From assembly GCA_041753095.1 (NCBI GenBank), contig JBGSVG010000130.1, positions 1 through 51,238 of the forward strand: 51,238 nt of DNA. The letters are read 5' to 3'. Positions within the stretch are counted from its first letter, which is position 1; the number at the start of each line of letters is the position of its first letter. The translations under genes and the position numbers were made by a program. The notes under the pieces were generated by a model. That model worked only from the letters and a program-made list of their open reading frames with translations. It was not told the origin of the DNA and did no database searches. This document shows positions 19,155-29,375 of the stretch, piece after piece. Source of the DNA: Sphingorhabdus sp. GTDB lineage: Bacteria > Pseudomonadota > Alphaproteobacteria > Sphingomonadales > Sphingomonadaceae.

Positions 19155-20183
19155 TTATTCCTCAGGCTCAACCTGTTCTCCGCGCACAACAGCCTGCAAA
19201 AACCGAAGCTTCATCAACATATCCTCCATTTTTGGCATATCCAGACGGGTGGTGTTGTGCGAATTATATTCGACCGCCTCGGAAATTTTGACTTCGCCTT
19301 GTTCGACGAACTTGCCATAGTTCAAATCTCTAAGGTCCGGCGGCACCCGGTAATAATTGCCCAGATCTTGCGCAGATACCATCTCCTCGCGGCTTAACAG
19401 CACTTCAAACAGCTTTTCGCCGTGACGTGTACCAATGATATTGAGAGGGTGACCAGGAACGCCGAGTGCCCCGGCTAGTGCCCGCGCCAGTGTCTCAATT
19501 GTAGCCGCCGGTGCCTTTTGCACAAAAATGTCACCCGGCCCGGCATGCTCAAACGCATAAAGGACCAAATCTACAGCATCGTCCAATGTCATCATGAAAC
19601 GAGTCATATTTGGATCGGTTATGGTGATCGGCTGGCCAGTCCGGATCTGGTTGGTAAAGAGCGGTATGACCGACCCTCGAGAAGCCATGACATTACCGTA
19701 GCGGGTCGCGCAAATAATGGTGTTGGAAGTAGTGCGTGATTTTGCGACAATCACTTTTTCCATCATCGCCTTGCTGATACCCATAGCATTGATGGGATAC
19801 ACCGCCTTATCAGTACTAAGGCAGACTACACGCTTTACACCGCAATTGATTGCAGCCTCCAAAACATTTTCCGTTCCCAGTATATTCGTTTTAACCGCTT
19901 CTACCGGATGAAATTCACAGGAAGGCACCTGTTTCAGCGCGGCCGCATGGTAAATGAAATCAACCCCCCTCACTGCATTGACCACCGACTGGTAATCACG
20001 CACGTCGCCGATATAGAATTTTGCTTTTGGGTTGTTATATTTCCGGCGCATGTCATCCTGCTTTTTCTCATCTCGACTGAAGATGCGAATTTCCGACAAG
20101 TCTGATTCAAGAAACCGGCGTAAAACGGCGTTGCCAAAAGAACCCGTGCCGCCTGTGATTAACAATATTTTATTTGCAAACAT
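19155..20183 (-). CDS. fnlA: UDP-GlcNAc 4,6-dehydratase/5-epimerase (FnlA/WbjB/CapE)
   Basis: TGGTGSFG, SRDEKKQDDMR, KQVPSCEF, YNSHNT motifs. Confidence 0.94.
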   Translation of the reverse strand: MFANKILLITGGTGSFGNAVLRRFLESDLSEIRIFSRDEKKQDDMRRKYNNPKAKFYIGDVRDYQSVVNAVRGVDFIYHAAALKQVPSCEFHPVEAVKTNILGTENVLEAAINCGVKRVVCLSTDKAVYPINAMGISKAMMEKVIVAKSRTTSNTIICATRYGNVMASRGSVIPLFTNQIRTGQPITITDPNMTRFMMTLDDAVDLVLYAFEHAGPGDIFVQKAPAATIETLARALAGALGVPGHPLNIIGTRHGEKLFEVLLSREEMVSAQDLGNYYRVPPDLRDLNYGKFVEQGEVKISEAVEYNSHNTTRLDMPKMEDMLMKLRFLQAVVRGEQVEPEE

Positions 20184-20204
20184 TCTTGTTCCTAGAGCTG
20201 CTTT

Positions 20205-20990
20205 TCAAAGATGCCGATTGTTTTCGCAGATTTGCGCTTTTTGCGCGGGGGTTGGGTAATTGATTAGAACGGCACGATACTTCCCTTTGAACACAAAAAG
20301 GCTGCCTGCTGCAGCGCCAACCACCCCGACCATGTCGATCAACCCCATAATATCCTCCACAGACCCTGCACCCCCTAAAAATGTTACAGGTACATTAAGT
20401 TCGCCTTTTATTTGCCTGGCCAGATCCAAATCATATCCTGCCATCAGCCCGTCTCGGTCTACTGAGTTTATGACAATTTCGCCCGCTCCGGCCTGCTGCA
20501 TTTCGAGCGCCAATTTTATTGGATCCGCCTTACGCGTTATAGTCGCATTATGGGTACAGACTTCATAGCCCTTAGCGAACAGGCCATTTTTCTTGCGCAC
20601 GTCCAGTACAGCGACAACTGACTGACGGCCTACTGCAGCAGCCATCGCCGTCAGGAGTGACGGGTCGGCAATGGCTGCTGCGCTTACTGCGACTTTTTCC
20701 ACTCCCATGTCGACAATACGGGCCGCCTGTTCAGCAGTAGTAACCCCTCCACCGTAACATAGTGGCATCCTGCATTCGGCGGCGAGCTTTTTAATCAGAT
20801 TGAAATCTGGCTCGGTGTTTCTGACTGTGGCGTCAATATCGAGAACGATGAGCTCATCCGCCTCTTTTTCATTAAAAATGCGCACTGCGTTGATTGGGTC
20901 GCCCACATATTTGGCATCAGCAAATCGCTGTGTCTTGACGAGACCACCTTTATGCACCAGCAGACAAGGGATTATCCGAGATCGCAGCAT
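20205..20990 (-). CDS. wbuZ: HisF-like cyclase-fold subunit for acetamidino modification
   Basis: RIIPCLL..GLVKT, YVGDPINAVRIFNEKE, AAAGSLFVF; embedded in the glycan locus. Confidence 0.88.
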   Translation of the reverse strand: MLRSRIIPCLLVHKGGLVKTQRFADAKYVGDPINAVRIFNEKEADELIVLDIDATVRNTEPDFNLIKKLAAECRMPLCYGGGVTTAEQAARIVDMGVEKVAVSAAAIADPSLLTAMAAAVGRQSVVAVLDVRKKNGLFAKGYEVCTHNATITRKADPIKLALEMQQAGAGEIVINSVDRDGLMAGYDLDLARQIKGELNVPVTFLGGAGSVEDIMGLIDMVGVVGAAAGSLFVFKGKYRAVLINYPTPAQKAQICENNRHL

Positions 20991-20993
20991 CGA

Positions 20994-21611
20994 TCACACC
21001 TCGACAAAATTTTTTAAAAGTTGCTGGCCCCAGTGGTGGCTTTTTTCCGGGTGGCACTGGACGCCGTGGATGTGACCACGAGACACTACGGCGTCAAAAT
21101 CAAATCCATAATGTGCAATTGCGGCAACATCCTCGCGCTCCTGCGCTTCAAAATAATAGGAATGTAAAAAGTAAAACTGCGGACAGTCATCGAAGCCATG
21201 GCTAAACAATTTGGCATCTGTGCTAGGCTGCAAATTGTTCCAGCCCATATGCGGCATGGGTAGGCTGGCACTTTCCGGACGACCGGCGAACGATCGCACC
21301 CTGCCCGGTACCCAGTTTAACCCCTCAAGACGTCCCTCATCCGATCCAGCAGCGAGCATTTGCATGCCCACGCACACGCCAATAACCGGAACTTGGTCGT
21401 CCATTACCATCTTGTCCAATGCCGGCCTCATTCCGGAATCATTTAGCCGCTGCATAGCGTGATCGAAATGGCCAACCCCCGGCAGTATCAGCCGTGTCGC
21501 ATCGCGCAGCAAATTCGGTGAGTCGGCGCGCTGCGCATCAAGCCCTAGCCTTTTAAACAGGTTCATGAACGCCTGGATATTGCCAACGCCGTAATCGACG
21601 ATACGGATCAT
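20994..21611 (-). CDS. wbuY: HisH-like glutamine amidotransferase subunit
   Basis: LPGVG, GVCVGMQ (catalytic Cys), HPEKS motifs. Confidence 0.9.
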   Translation of the reverse strand: MIRIVDYGVGNIQAFMNLFKRLGLDAQRADSPNLLRDATRLILPGVGHFDHAMQRLNDSGMRPALDKMVMDDQVPVIGVCVGMQMLAAGSDEGRLEGLNWVPGRVRSFAGRPESASLPMPHMGWNNLQPSTDAKLFSHGFDDCPQFYFLHSYYFEAQEREDVAAIAHYGFDFDAVVSRGHIHGVQCHPEKSHHWGQQLLKNFVEV

Positions 21612-22759
21612 CAGAAATACCTTTTTTCCAGCCCCAAATACCGAAGCAGATTGGCGCCCAAGGCTATTAACCAGCGCTTGTTGCGATAGTCTCGGAATGT
21701 CTTTTTCGGAAGCTGAAACAATTCAGTTAGGCCATCTACCGAAAGCGACAGTTTATGCGCCACATATTCGAACTCTTGTTTCAAAAAATGTTCATCCATT
21801 TCAGGTCGCGAAATGCGTTCCAATGCACCATCGCGCGTCATCTGTCCGGTCATAATCAAACTGGAAAAATGGGCTCTTCGTTTTTCATACCCAAAACGGC
21901 GGGGCAGCCAGTAATCCTCATAAAAACGTGTGAACCTGGACTCGTGATGTTTGTGCTGAAATCGTTGCCAGCCGAATTTTTCTTCCAGCTCAGACTCAGC
22001 GTTCCGTTTGACATAAGGCACCAAATTAAGAGGGTGATGAACCTTCATTCCCAAAATGCGCTGGTACCAGATTTTATAGACCAGAATATCTACTAATGGA
22101 AAGCCGCGGATCGATTGTCCGTCGCCCCACTTTTCCCAAATATCACAAAATAGCTTCTTATCGATCCCGAGATAACCTCCCCATTCTTCTGGCTCGCGAC
22201 AGCATTCGGTGGAGAAATTGGATCCTGTGATAATATGCTTGATGTTATACTTGCGGGCAAATTTATAGAGGCCCGAAAAAAAAGCAGCGTCTTGTACCAA
22301 ATCCTGATCTGGTATGCCCGCGCGCAAGAAAGCCACCTGCATTCGCCTGACATCATCCCAGTTTATGACTTCGGTATAAAGATCCAGCCCAAGCCCATCC
22401 ACCAGTTTCTCGATGTTTCCAACCGCCTGATCGGTATTCCAGCCGGCATCGACATGGAACAGCAATGGCCGCAGCCCCATTTTGGTTTTGGCGATGTAAG
22501 CAGCATAGGAACTGTCCAACCCGCCGCTCAGGCCGATGATACAATCGAAATCCTTTCCTTTTCCTGAGAAACGAATCTCATCCGCTAAAGTCGACAGCTG
22601 CTGTTCGCTTCCCTGCTCGTTATCCCAGTTTGGCAAAATGGAGGCGTCAAAGTTGTTGCAATACTGACACATCCCGCGGTCGTCGAACGCGATATTTGGA
22701 TCCGAACTGTCCATAATACAGCGGGTACAAATTCTATACTGGCCTGAAGTTCTTATCAT
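21611..22759 (-). CDS. wbuX: N-acetyl sugar amidotransferase (WbuX/LfnA family)
   Basis: N-terminal CxxC...CxxC, PP-loop SGGLDSS, KHHESRFTRF motifs. Confidence 0.9.
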   Translation of the reverse strand: MIRTSGQYRICTRCIMDSSDPNIAFDDRGMCQYCNNFDASILPNWDNEQGSEQQLSTLADEIRFSGKGKDFDCIIGLSGGLDSSYAAYIAKTKMGLRPLLFHVDAGWNTDQAVGNIEKLVDGLGLDLYTEVINWDDVRRMQVAFLRAGIPDQDLVQDAAFFSGLYKFARKYNIKHIITGSNFSTECCREPEEWGGYLGIDKKLFCDIWEKWGDGQSIRGFPLVDILVYKIWYQRILGMKVHHPLNLVPYVKRNAESELEEKFGWQRFQHKHHESRFTRFYEDYWLPRRFGYEKRRAHFSSLIMTGQMTRDGALERISRPEMDEHFLKQEFEYVAHKLSLSVDGLTELFQLPKKTFRDYRNKRWLIALGANLLRYLGLEKRYF

Positions 22760-22762
22760 AAA

Positions 22763-23548
22763 TTATACGGCACCTGGGATATTGTTGTGAATTTTCTGGA
22801 TTTGGATTGCCCGCAATCTCGATCCTTTGAACATTATGCGTAAAGCTATCTGTATAAAAGATCGCGCAAATATTACCCTGCTCCAAAGCTTTTTGAGAAT
22901 CGGTCGGGAGATTACGCTTGCATTTGTTCCATGGACACGACGAAGCAAAGTAATCCTATCCAGATGCTGGTTATTGCCAGCCATATTCGCGGCCATGGCA
23001 ATCCACAAATCGTGCGATTCAACGTAAGACGGAATAGGCAAAATGATGTCGCGTAATTCATCTCGAAGGGCCATCGCACAACCATAATATGCCGCGGTAC
23101 CGTTGAATATACGCCATATGTTGTCCAAATGACGACCCGATCCACTTTGGTCCAGACCCGGCTGAAGCGGCGGGACCGGTTGACCGTTAGCATCGATATA
23201 GCCGCTATTTGTCGAAACAAGGGCAGCCCCGGCTGACAAAATATCACACATCGCGCACACTCGCCCAGCGATCCAGATGTCATCTTGATCCGACATGAAA
23301 ATCCATTGGCGACTTGCGAAACCAATTGCTTTCGCAAAACTTTGGACGTGCCCCAAATTTTTCTCGTTACGGATCAACCGAATGCGATGGTCCTTAAGGC
23401 TTTCGAGATATGCTATTGTGCTGTCATTCGATGCATCGTCAATGACAATCAACTCGTCATCTGGTCCCATCTGTTCAACGATCGACGCAATTTGCGGACG
23501 CAAATAAAGCTCTCCGTTATATGTAGCCATGCATATGCTTATAGCCAT
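22763..23548 (-). CDS. GT2 glycosyltransferase (rhamnosyltransferase-like)
   Basis: SICMATYNGE, DDAS.D, SDQDDIW, SHDLW motifs. Confidence 0.88.
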   Translation of the reverse strand: MAISICMATYNGELYLRPQIASIVEQMGPDDELIVIDDASNDSTIAYLESLKDHRIRLIRNEKNLGHVQSFAKAIGFASRQWIFMSDQDDIWIAGRVCAMCDILSAGAALVSTNSGYIDANGQPVPPLQPGLDQSGSGRHLDNIWRIFNGTAAYYGCAMALRDELRDIILPIPSYVESHDLWIAMAANMAGNNQHLDRITLLRRVHGTNASVISRPILKKLWSRVIFARSFIQIALRIMFKGSRLRAIQIQKIHNNIPGAV

Positions 23549-23579
23549 GAAGCAGCTCGCGATTTCTTCTGAGATGCGC

Positions 23580-24461
23580 TCATACAGAACCCTTGAGCTT
23601 GCCTCGAATGCCCATCATGCCATCAACAAGCGCCCGCAACCCGAACCGGAGGTGCTCCGCTCGGTTTTGGCTGGGCTGCAATTGCAGAATATGATGAACA
23701 AGCGCCGCCGCGATCTCATGGCACGCATACAGCAATGGAACGTGGCGTTTGCGCAGCAGCATGAAAGCATTTCTTAGGCGGTAATAAGCTCGCACCGGGC
23801 TGTGCACATAAGTCGTCACCGAACCATATTTAACTACATCGTTGCCGATCGAATGATTCATTACCACGGAGCTCACGACTGTGATCGGAATTCCAGCTTG
23901 GCGGCAGCGGATGCACCATTCCAAGTCGACATAGTCGATAAAAAAGTCCTCATCCATCAGGCCGGCTATATCAAAAACGTCGATAGCGGCCACAGATCCA
24001 GATGAGATAATCAGATCCGCTGCCACATTCTGGGTGCTGCGCGCAACATGCACCGGTTTAGCCCACCCCCACCTATTGAAACGGAAAGGAGGATATTCAT
24101 CGCCGGTGCGCGCATCCACGCAAATCGGCGCTGCAACACCTTGAGGTGGAAGGCCAAGCGCTGCGATCAATGTCGGCAAAAGCTTAGGGCCGGGCACACT
24201 GTCCTGATCGAAAAATGCCACGGTCTGCGCACCGCGGTCGATTGCAGCCCGAATGCCAGCGTTCTGCGCTGCAGCGATACCCTTATTGCCCCCCATCGAA
24301 ATCCAACACACTTCTGGCAAATCCAACGGCTGTGTAGCATCAGGCGTGTTGTCGACGACAATCACCTGGGCGTCACGCCCAACCACATTACAAAGTTCCA
24401 ATAGCCCTGCATGTTCTGGATAAAACAGCACAATAATGACAAAGTTGTGGCTGCTACTCAA
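23580..24461 (-). CDS. GT2 rhamnosyltransferase (RfbF-like)
   Basis: VDNT, NKGIAAAQN.G, FDQDS, IISSGS, FFIDYVD.EWC, RAYYRLRN motifs. Confidence 0.88.
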   Translation of the reverse strand: MSSSHNFVIIVLFYPEHAGLLELCNVVGRDAQVIVVDNTPDATQPLDLPEVCWISMGGNKGIAAAQNAGIRAAIDRGAQTVAFFDQDSVPGPKLLPTLIAALGLPPQGVAAPICVDARTGDEYPPFRFNRWGWAKPVHVARSTQNVAADLIISSGSVAAIDVFDIAGLMDEDFFIDYVDLEWCIRCRQAGIPITVVSSVVMNHSIGNDVVKYGSVTTYVHSPVRAYYRLRNAFMLLRKRHVPLLYACHEIAAALVHHILQLQPSQNRAEHLRFGLRALVDGMMGIRGKLKGSV

Positions 24462-25731
24462 AGGGCACCGCCGTTATGGAACCGGGTCGGGCGCCCGGGC
24501 GAACCGCACTGTGATTTGAAACATGCCAAGAAGGAGAAGCATGAACAGAAGACTGCGGCACATGAAGCTTAGTCCAATACCATACCACAACCAACATACC
24601 ATATGAATTGATTAGAACCGGATTTGTCACTGACAGTATCAAATAAAGCAAAAATGCCATTGTATATACAAACTCTATACTACGAAAATTTAGCATTTTG
24701 ATACGGGGTATTAATAATATTGTAAAAAACATAAAAGCTAAAGGAATACCAACGTATCTGGCCATATCCAAGGGCGTGATTTCAGTATGTTGGGTTAGAT
24801 TACCTTTTCCGCTTGAATAATAATAACTCCCCAATCCTTCTCCAAGCAGACCATTTGATATATTTAGTGCGTCGATATATGAATCAAAATGACCAATTTT
24901 GGCATTATTCGAGACTTCTTCGTCGCTAAAAATATTAGTATAGGCAAGTATCTCCGGGATTATTATGAAAAATGCGGCAGCCGAAGCTATAATTACCAAG
25001 ATGCGTACAAGGGGAGAAGCCAGCCGAAGCGCTGCCAGTACCAAAAACCCCAGTGCTACGACAATAACCCCCCTTGCACCGCTCGCGATGATGGTTCCGG
25101 AATAAAGCATCAGCCAGAAAAAGTCGCTCCCTCTGAACCGCTGAAACAGCCGGATTGTTACGACACAGAAGGGCACGAAAAGAAACGGTGCGGTTCCAAG
25201 GGCCAGCGTTGAGGTCGCCGAATCCAAAAACTCTCGCTCTGCATTCGAACTCAAGCTGTTTTCATTAAACCATTCGACCAAAACCGTCGCATAGGGCAGG
25301 CCGGGATTTAGCGATAACGTGGCATAGATTATCGTAAAGACGACCATCGTCTTTCCACATATTTCCGATGCCCGGTCCATATCGATATGGAAATGTTCGA
25401 CGAAATGAACGAGGATAAGAACGAAAATCGCGAGGAAAAACTGTAATGCAAGCGCCCGGTCATTGTCGGCATTAATCGCCAATATGAGGCCATAGAGAAA
25501 GATGCCGATAATTGCGACGACGGGCATGACAAGTTCAGGCCTGGACGACCGATATCGAACGAAAATGCGAAAGGTCCAAGCGAGCAAGGCGGCGAACAGA
25601 ATTTTGTTCAATATCGTCGAAGGAATCAGCACCGTCGTCAGCATGAATGACAACATCAGCACGGCCGGTGCGGACGAGACCTTGTGCGGGGGATTGTGAG
25701 CTCCAACGATAGCGGGGCGGAAGGCTGTCAC
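24454..25731 (-). CDS. wzy: Probable O-unit polymerase
   Basis: About 10-11 TM helices, SGARG loop, periplasmic loop with GEGLG, TNP motif; position among glycosyltransferases. Confidence 0.7.
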   Translation of the reverse strand: MTAFRPAIVGAHNPPHKVSSAPAVLMLSFMLTTVLIPSTILNKILFAALLAWTFRIFVRYRSSRPELVMPVVAIIGIFLYGLILAINADNDRALALQFFLAIFVLILVHFVEHFHIDMDRASEICGKTMVVFTIIYATLSLNPGLPYATVLVEWFNENSLSSNAEREFLDSATSTLALGTAPFLFVPFCVVTIRLFQRFRGSDFFWLMLYSGTIIASGARGVIVVALGFLVLAALRLASPLVRILVIIASAAAFFIIIPEILAYTNIFSDEEVSNNAKIGHFDSYIDALNISNGLLGEGLGSYYYSSGKGNLTQHTEITPLDMARYVGIPLAFMFFTILLIPRIKMLNFRSIEFVYTMAFLLYLILSVTNPVLINSYGMLVVVWYWTKLHVPQSSVHASPSWHVSNHSAVRPGARPGSITAVPFE

Positions 25732-26915
25732 GAATTCGCCGCCACGCTTTTTATAAGGCGAAGATAATTTCGGCCGAAACTTTCCGTGCGGCGTTGCAGA
25801 TCCTGCCTTGCCGCTTCCGCGCGCTGGGCATGCGGGGCAGTTTCATGAGAATTCCATAGCCCACGCATCAGTGCAGCTAAAGAGGCGGCGGCGTCGCAAT
25901 CGAAATAATCGCCGTGCGCTGGCGCTTGCTCTACATGGACGGGGATGTTGGACATAAGTATGGGCTTTCCAACGCTGCGCGCTTCTTCGACACTCGAACT
26001 CCAGCCTTCGAACCGCGACGGATTGATAACCGCAACACAGTGCCGCATCAGTGCCAGAAGGTCGCTATAATCGATCATCCCCAGAATCCGTGCGTCCCGT
26101 TCGATATCAAGATGGCGGATCATATCCTGCAAACCATCAACATAAGGCGTGCCGGATAAGCGGTAGTCTACAGTATTGCCCGTCATTAGCACCATCATGC
26201 TCAATCCTTCGGCTTTGGCCAATGCCAGCGCATTTAGAACGACCTGGTGATTTTTGTGAGCCCAAAACTGATTTGGCAGCAGGAAAAATTTTCCGGCAAA
26301 ATTATATTTGATTTGCAGATCGGTAATGTCAGGCAATGGGCCTGCCGATCCAGTCGACGGCTGTGATACGAAACGCAGCACCTCTACCGGCGGAAGCTCA
26401 TGCCGCGGCAACAACGTCAACAGGTCGCCAAGCGCGTGATCGCTGCTGACAACCACGGCGTCGGCATGCGTCGCAATCTGACGGTTGATTTGCGTTTCTT
26501 TTTCAACATCGAGGTTCGGAAACATTGCGGGCAAGTGCAGATATTGAAAATCGGGTATCCACGAGATGACCTTCACAGGGCGCCTACCCAGATACGGCGT
26601 CCATGCGTGCGAAATAAGATCGATATTGTGGCGTCGTAACAACGCGTTCACCAACGCCATGGAGCCAAGGATTTTGTAGAGAAGCTTGTGCACGAGCCAC
26701 GGAATGGTCTTGCGCCGTAAAATGAGGGTGCGGACGATGATCGCATGCGGTTCAAACCGGGCAACCACCGAATCGGGTACGTCGTCGGCAAAAAAGACAT
26801 AGGGTTGCACTTCGTGGTCGTTCACAACCGAAAGCGCATGCAGCAAATTGGAAATGTAATTCAGTCCACCCGAGTAAGCGAACGGCGCATCGAACCAGAA
26901 GCCGAGCCTGATCAT
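25728..26915 (-). CDS. GT4 glycosyltransferase (mannosyl/D-rhamnosyltransferase-like)
   Basis: WIPDFQ.LHLP, PNQFWAHKNH, PSRFEGWSSSVEEA motifs; ATG at 26915 overlaps the upstream stop (ATGA). Confidence 0.88.
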   Translation of the reverse strand: MIRLGFWFDAPFAYSGGLNYISNLLHALSVVNDHEVQPYVFFADDVPDSVVARFEPHAIIVRTLILRRKTIPWLVHKLLYKILGSMALVNALLRRHNIDLISHAWTPYLGRRPVKVISWIPDFQYLHLPAMFPNLDVEKETQINRQIATHADAVVVSSDHALGDLLTLLPRHELPPVEVLRFVSQPSTGSAGPLPDITDLQIKYNFAGKFFLLPNQFWAHKNHQVVLNALALAKAEGLSMMVLMTGNTVDYRLSGTPYVDGLQDMIRHLDIERDARILGMIDYSDLLALMRHCVAVINPSRFEGWSSSVEEARSVGKPILMSNIPVHVEQAPAHGDYFDCDAAASLAALMRGLWNSHETAPHAQRAEAARQDLQRRTESFGRNYLRLIKSVAANS

Positions 26916-27862
26916 GCATTGTCCCTGAACCAGCGTGCATAGTCGCAAAGCCCATCTTCCAACGAAATCTTGGGCCGCCAGCCTATGCGCGCTGCTTCGG
27001 TCATATCTGCATGATAATGTCGCGGATCGCCCGCTTTTACATCGCCGCTAAACTCGATCGAAGTGCTGCTACCTAACGCCATCCGCAGCTGCTCAAGCGT
27101 GTCGGCAACAGTCACCCGGTCACCGCTGCCGCCGTTAATCAAGAAAAGGTCCTCGGGAGCCTCCATCAATGCCGCGATTAAATCAGCTGCGTCGTTAACG
27201 TGGATCCAGTCTCTGGTTTCGTCACCTGTCCCCCAGAATATGGCATTGGACGCGCCGGTGGATAGCTTTCTGGACGCATCCCATAAAAGCTGCCGCCGCA
27301 GACCGGGCCCATAGACCGAAAAGAAGCGAACGGCGACGCAGCGCATGCCAAAAGCAGCGCGATAACTGTGCAGCAGGCTTTCGCTCATGTGCTTGTGAAA
27401 TCCGTAAGGTGAAACAGGATTGGGTTGGTCGGATGTCCGCAAGGGATGGTCGCCGACAACGCCATATACCGCCGCGCTTGACGCGTGGATGAACAGTGCA
27501 TCGGGGTTGCTGCGTCGATGATATTCCAGAAGTTCGGCGGTGGCCTGCACATTGGCACGAAAATCGTCGAGCGGCTGCTCCAGCGACCGCGCCACAGAAC
27601 TTTGCCCTGCACAGTGGACGACGACGTCGAAAGGCTCAGCTAACGCGGACAAGGCGGCTTCACAGACATCAGCGGTAAGCCAACGGTCATATCCATGAGC
27701 CGCAACATCCAAATCCGCGCCATGCCCAAGGCCAACGACACGCGCGCCCGATGCCTTGAACCGACGCGCGACGGCTTTACCCAGAAAGCCCATGCCGCCG
27801 GTGACGAGGACACGATTTATGTTAGTTCCGCCTGCCACAGCTTCAAAAAGTTTCTGTCGCAA
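26912..27862 (-). CDS. NAD-dependent epimerase/reductase (extended SDR); start uncertain (GTG at 27838 possible)
   Basis: TGGMGFLG, SSAAVYG, YGFHK (YxxxK), RDWIHV.D motifs. Confidence 0.88.
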   Translation of the reverse strand: MRQKLFEAVAGGTNINRVLVTGGMGFLGKAVARRFKASGARVVGLGHGADLDVAAHGYDRWLTADVCEAALSALAEPFDVVVHCAGQSSVARSLEQPLDDFRANVQATAELLEYHRRSNPDALFIHASSAAVYGVVGDHPLRTSDQPNPVSPYGFHKHMSESLLHSYRAAFGMRCVAVRFFSVYGPGLRRQLLWDASRKLSTGASNAIFWGTGDETRDWIHVNDAADLIAALMEAPEDLFLINGGSGDRVTVADTLEQLRMALGSSTSIEFSGDVKAGDPRHYHADMTEAARIGWRPKISLEDGLCDYARWFRDNA

Positions 27863-28757
27863 TCAAATCGCTGATTTTTGCTAAGTTGCCGGTTTTGAGA
27901 TCAACAACATCAAGGTTGCTAATTTTCCCAAGCCTCGTTTCAAAATCATCGAAGGTCAAATGACCCTGTTCATTATGAAACTCCCTGAATTGTGCACGAC
28001 GATATGCCTCAACCGGCGTGAGCACTTCAAGGTCGGAATTTAGATCATCGCGAACGAAGAAAATGTTGTTGCCGGCCGAATTGCTCGCGACCAAAGAATA
28101 GCCTTTCTTTCGAGCCAACGAGGTTAGTGCTGAGATTGATGCTCCATAGAAGATTTTGGAGTGATGCGCTGAATCTCGAACAAAATCGGGCTCGTAGGGC
28201 GTTGTAATTTCCGCAGTCGGGCCAAACTGGCTATTATACTCACAAGCCACGATGCGAGGAGACACCACATTGATAGCATCCCACACCCAATAATCATTTC
28301 CATCTATATCGACCGATAAGAGCCCGATGTCCCCGGTTATTCCGTTACTCGATAGTAGATCATTTATGTTGTCTTTTGTTATGAAAGCACGGTGAGCTTT
28401 GAGATTGGACGCCCAATAGATGGGATCGCTCCGGATGTAATTTATGTTCTCTTCAGAGCCATCCATCACTAGCCCGCTCCAGTGATTATGCGTCAACAGA
28501 AAGCGCGTGTTAGACTCGACATAGTTTTCAACACCAAATTCAACAAATATCTTCCGATCTACCGCCACATGGCGCAACAGATACTGGAATATGCCGTCTT
28601 CACCCCATTGAGAAAATACCCGAAATTCAGCGTCTTGCGGACATTTTACGTCTGATATCTGACGCGCTTCAATGCGCCCTAGCGCTTCTTGGACGCGGGT
28701 CAGGCGTTCAGCCAGTGCATTGAATCGACCATAGGTCCTTTTGATTTTTTTTAGCAT
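27843..28757 (-). CDS. Putative SAM-dependent (FkbM-like) glycan methyltransferase
   Basis: FSQWGEDGI, FVEFGV, LLSVDIDGNDYW, PRIV..EYN motifs typical of FkbM-related proteins in glycan loci. Confidence 0.65.
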   Translation of the reverse strand: MLKKIKRTYGRFNALAERLTRVQEALGRIEARQISDVKCPQDAEFRVFSQWGEDGIFQYLLRHVAVDRKIFVEFGVENYVESNTRFLLTHNHWSGLVMDGSEENINYIRSDPIYWASNLKAHRAFITKDNINDLLSSNGITGDIGLLSVDIDGNDYWVWDAINVVSPRIVACEYNSQFGPTAEITTPYEPDFVRDSAHHSKIFYGASISALTSLARKKGYSLVASNSAGNNIFFVRDDLNSDLEVLTPVEAYRRAQFREFHNEQGHLTFDDFETRLGKISNLDVVDLKTGNLAKISDLIATETF

Positions 28758-29375
28758 CTAAACTTGGCTTTCCTGATCGATATGACTGATGATTTTTGCA
28801 GGCGCTCCTGCCACTATAGCGAAATCGGGAACGTTCCGCGTCACCACCGCATTTGCAGCAACTACAGAATTTTTGCCGACAGTTACCCCGGGCAGAATGA
28901 CAGCGCCGATCCCCACCCAACAACCATCCTCGAGATGCACCGCCCCCACAAATGCATCGCCTTGGTGGATGATCGGCAATGAAGTGTCACGGAAGCAATG
29001 GTCGGCATCGCTTATAAACACCCTATCGCCGATGAGTACATTGCGGCCGATTACGACTTCCCGCCATGCATTGATCTGCGAAAATCTGCCGATGTAAGTT
29101 CCATCACCTATTTGAAGCGTAGGCTGGCCGTCTTTGCGGTCATCGGAGGCATTCAGCCAAGAATATGCAGCTAAATAGACATTGTCACCTACCGCAATAA
29201 GCTGCGGCTGCACCAGTTTAGAAGGCGCTTCCAAGCGGGAGTGAACGCCCCAATGACTAAAGCGGCGTCGATTCAAAATCGTGTGAATGCGGGTTCGCAT
29301 GCTGCCAACGCGGGATCGAATCTGCTCGGCCTTTGGCATATTATTAGCCTCGATTTCAGCCATCATCGTCTTCAT
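28758..29375 (-). CDS. Hexapeptide-repeat (left-handed beta-helix) O-acyltransferase
   Basis: IGDGTYIG, IGRNVLIG, WVGIGAVILPGVTVG, AGAPAKII repeats. Confidence 0.88.
   Translation of the reverse strand: MKTMMAEIEANNMPKAEQIRSRVGSMRTRIHTILNRRRFSHWGVHSRLEAPSKLVQPQLIAVGDNVYLAAYSWLNASDDRKDGQPTLQIGDGTYIGRFSQINAWREVVIGRNVLIGDRVFISDADHCFRDTSLPIIHQGDAFVGAVHLEDGCWVGIGAVILPGVTVGKNSVVAANAVVTRNVPDFAIVAGAPAKIISHIDQESQV

Noticed and set aside
20205-21611. hisF/hisH as histidine biosynthesis genes
   Set aside because: They are coupled to wbuX inside a glycan locus with no other his genes, and match the WbuY/WbuZ paralogues.
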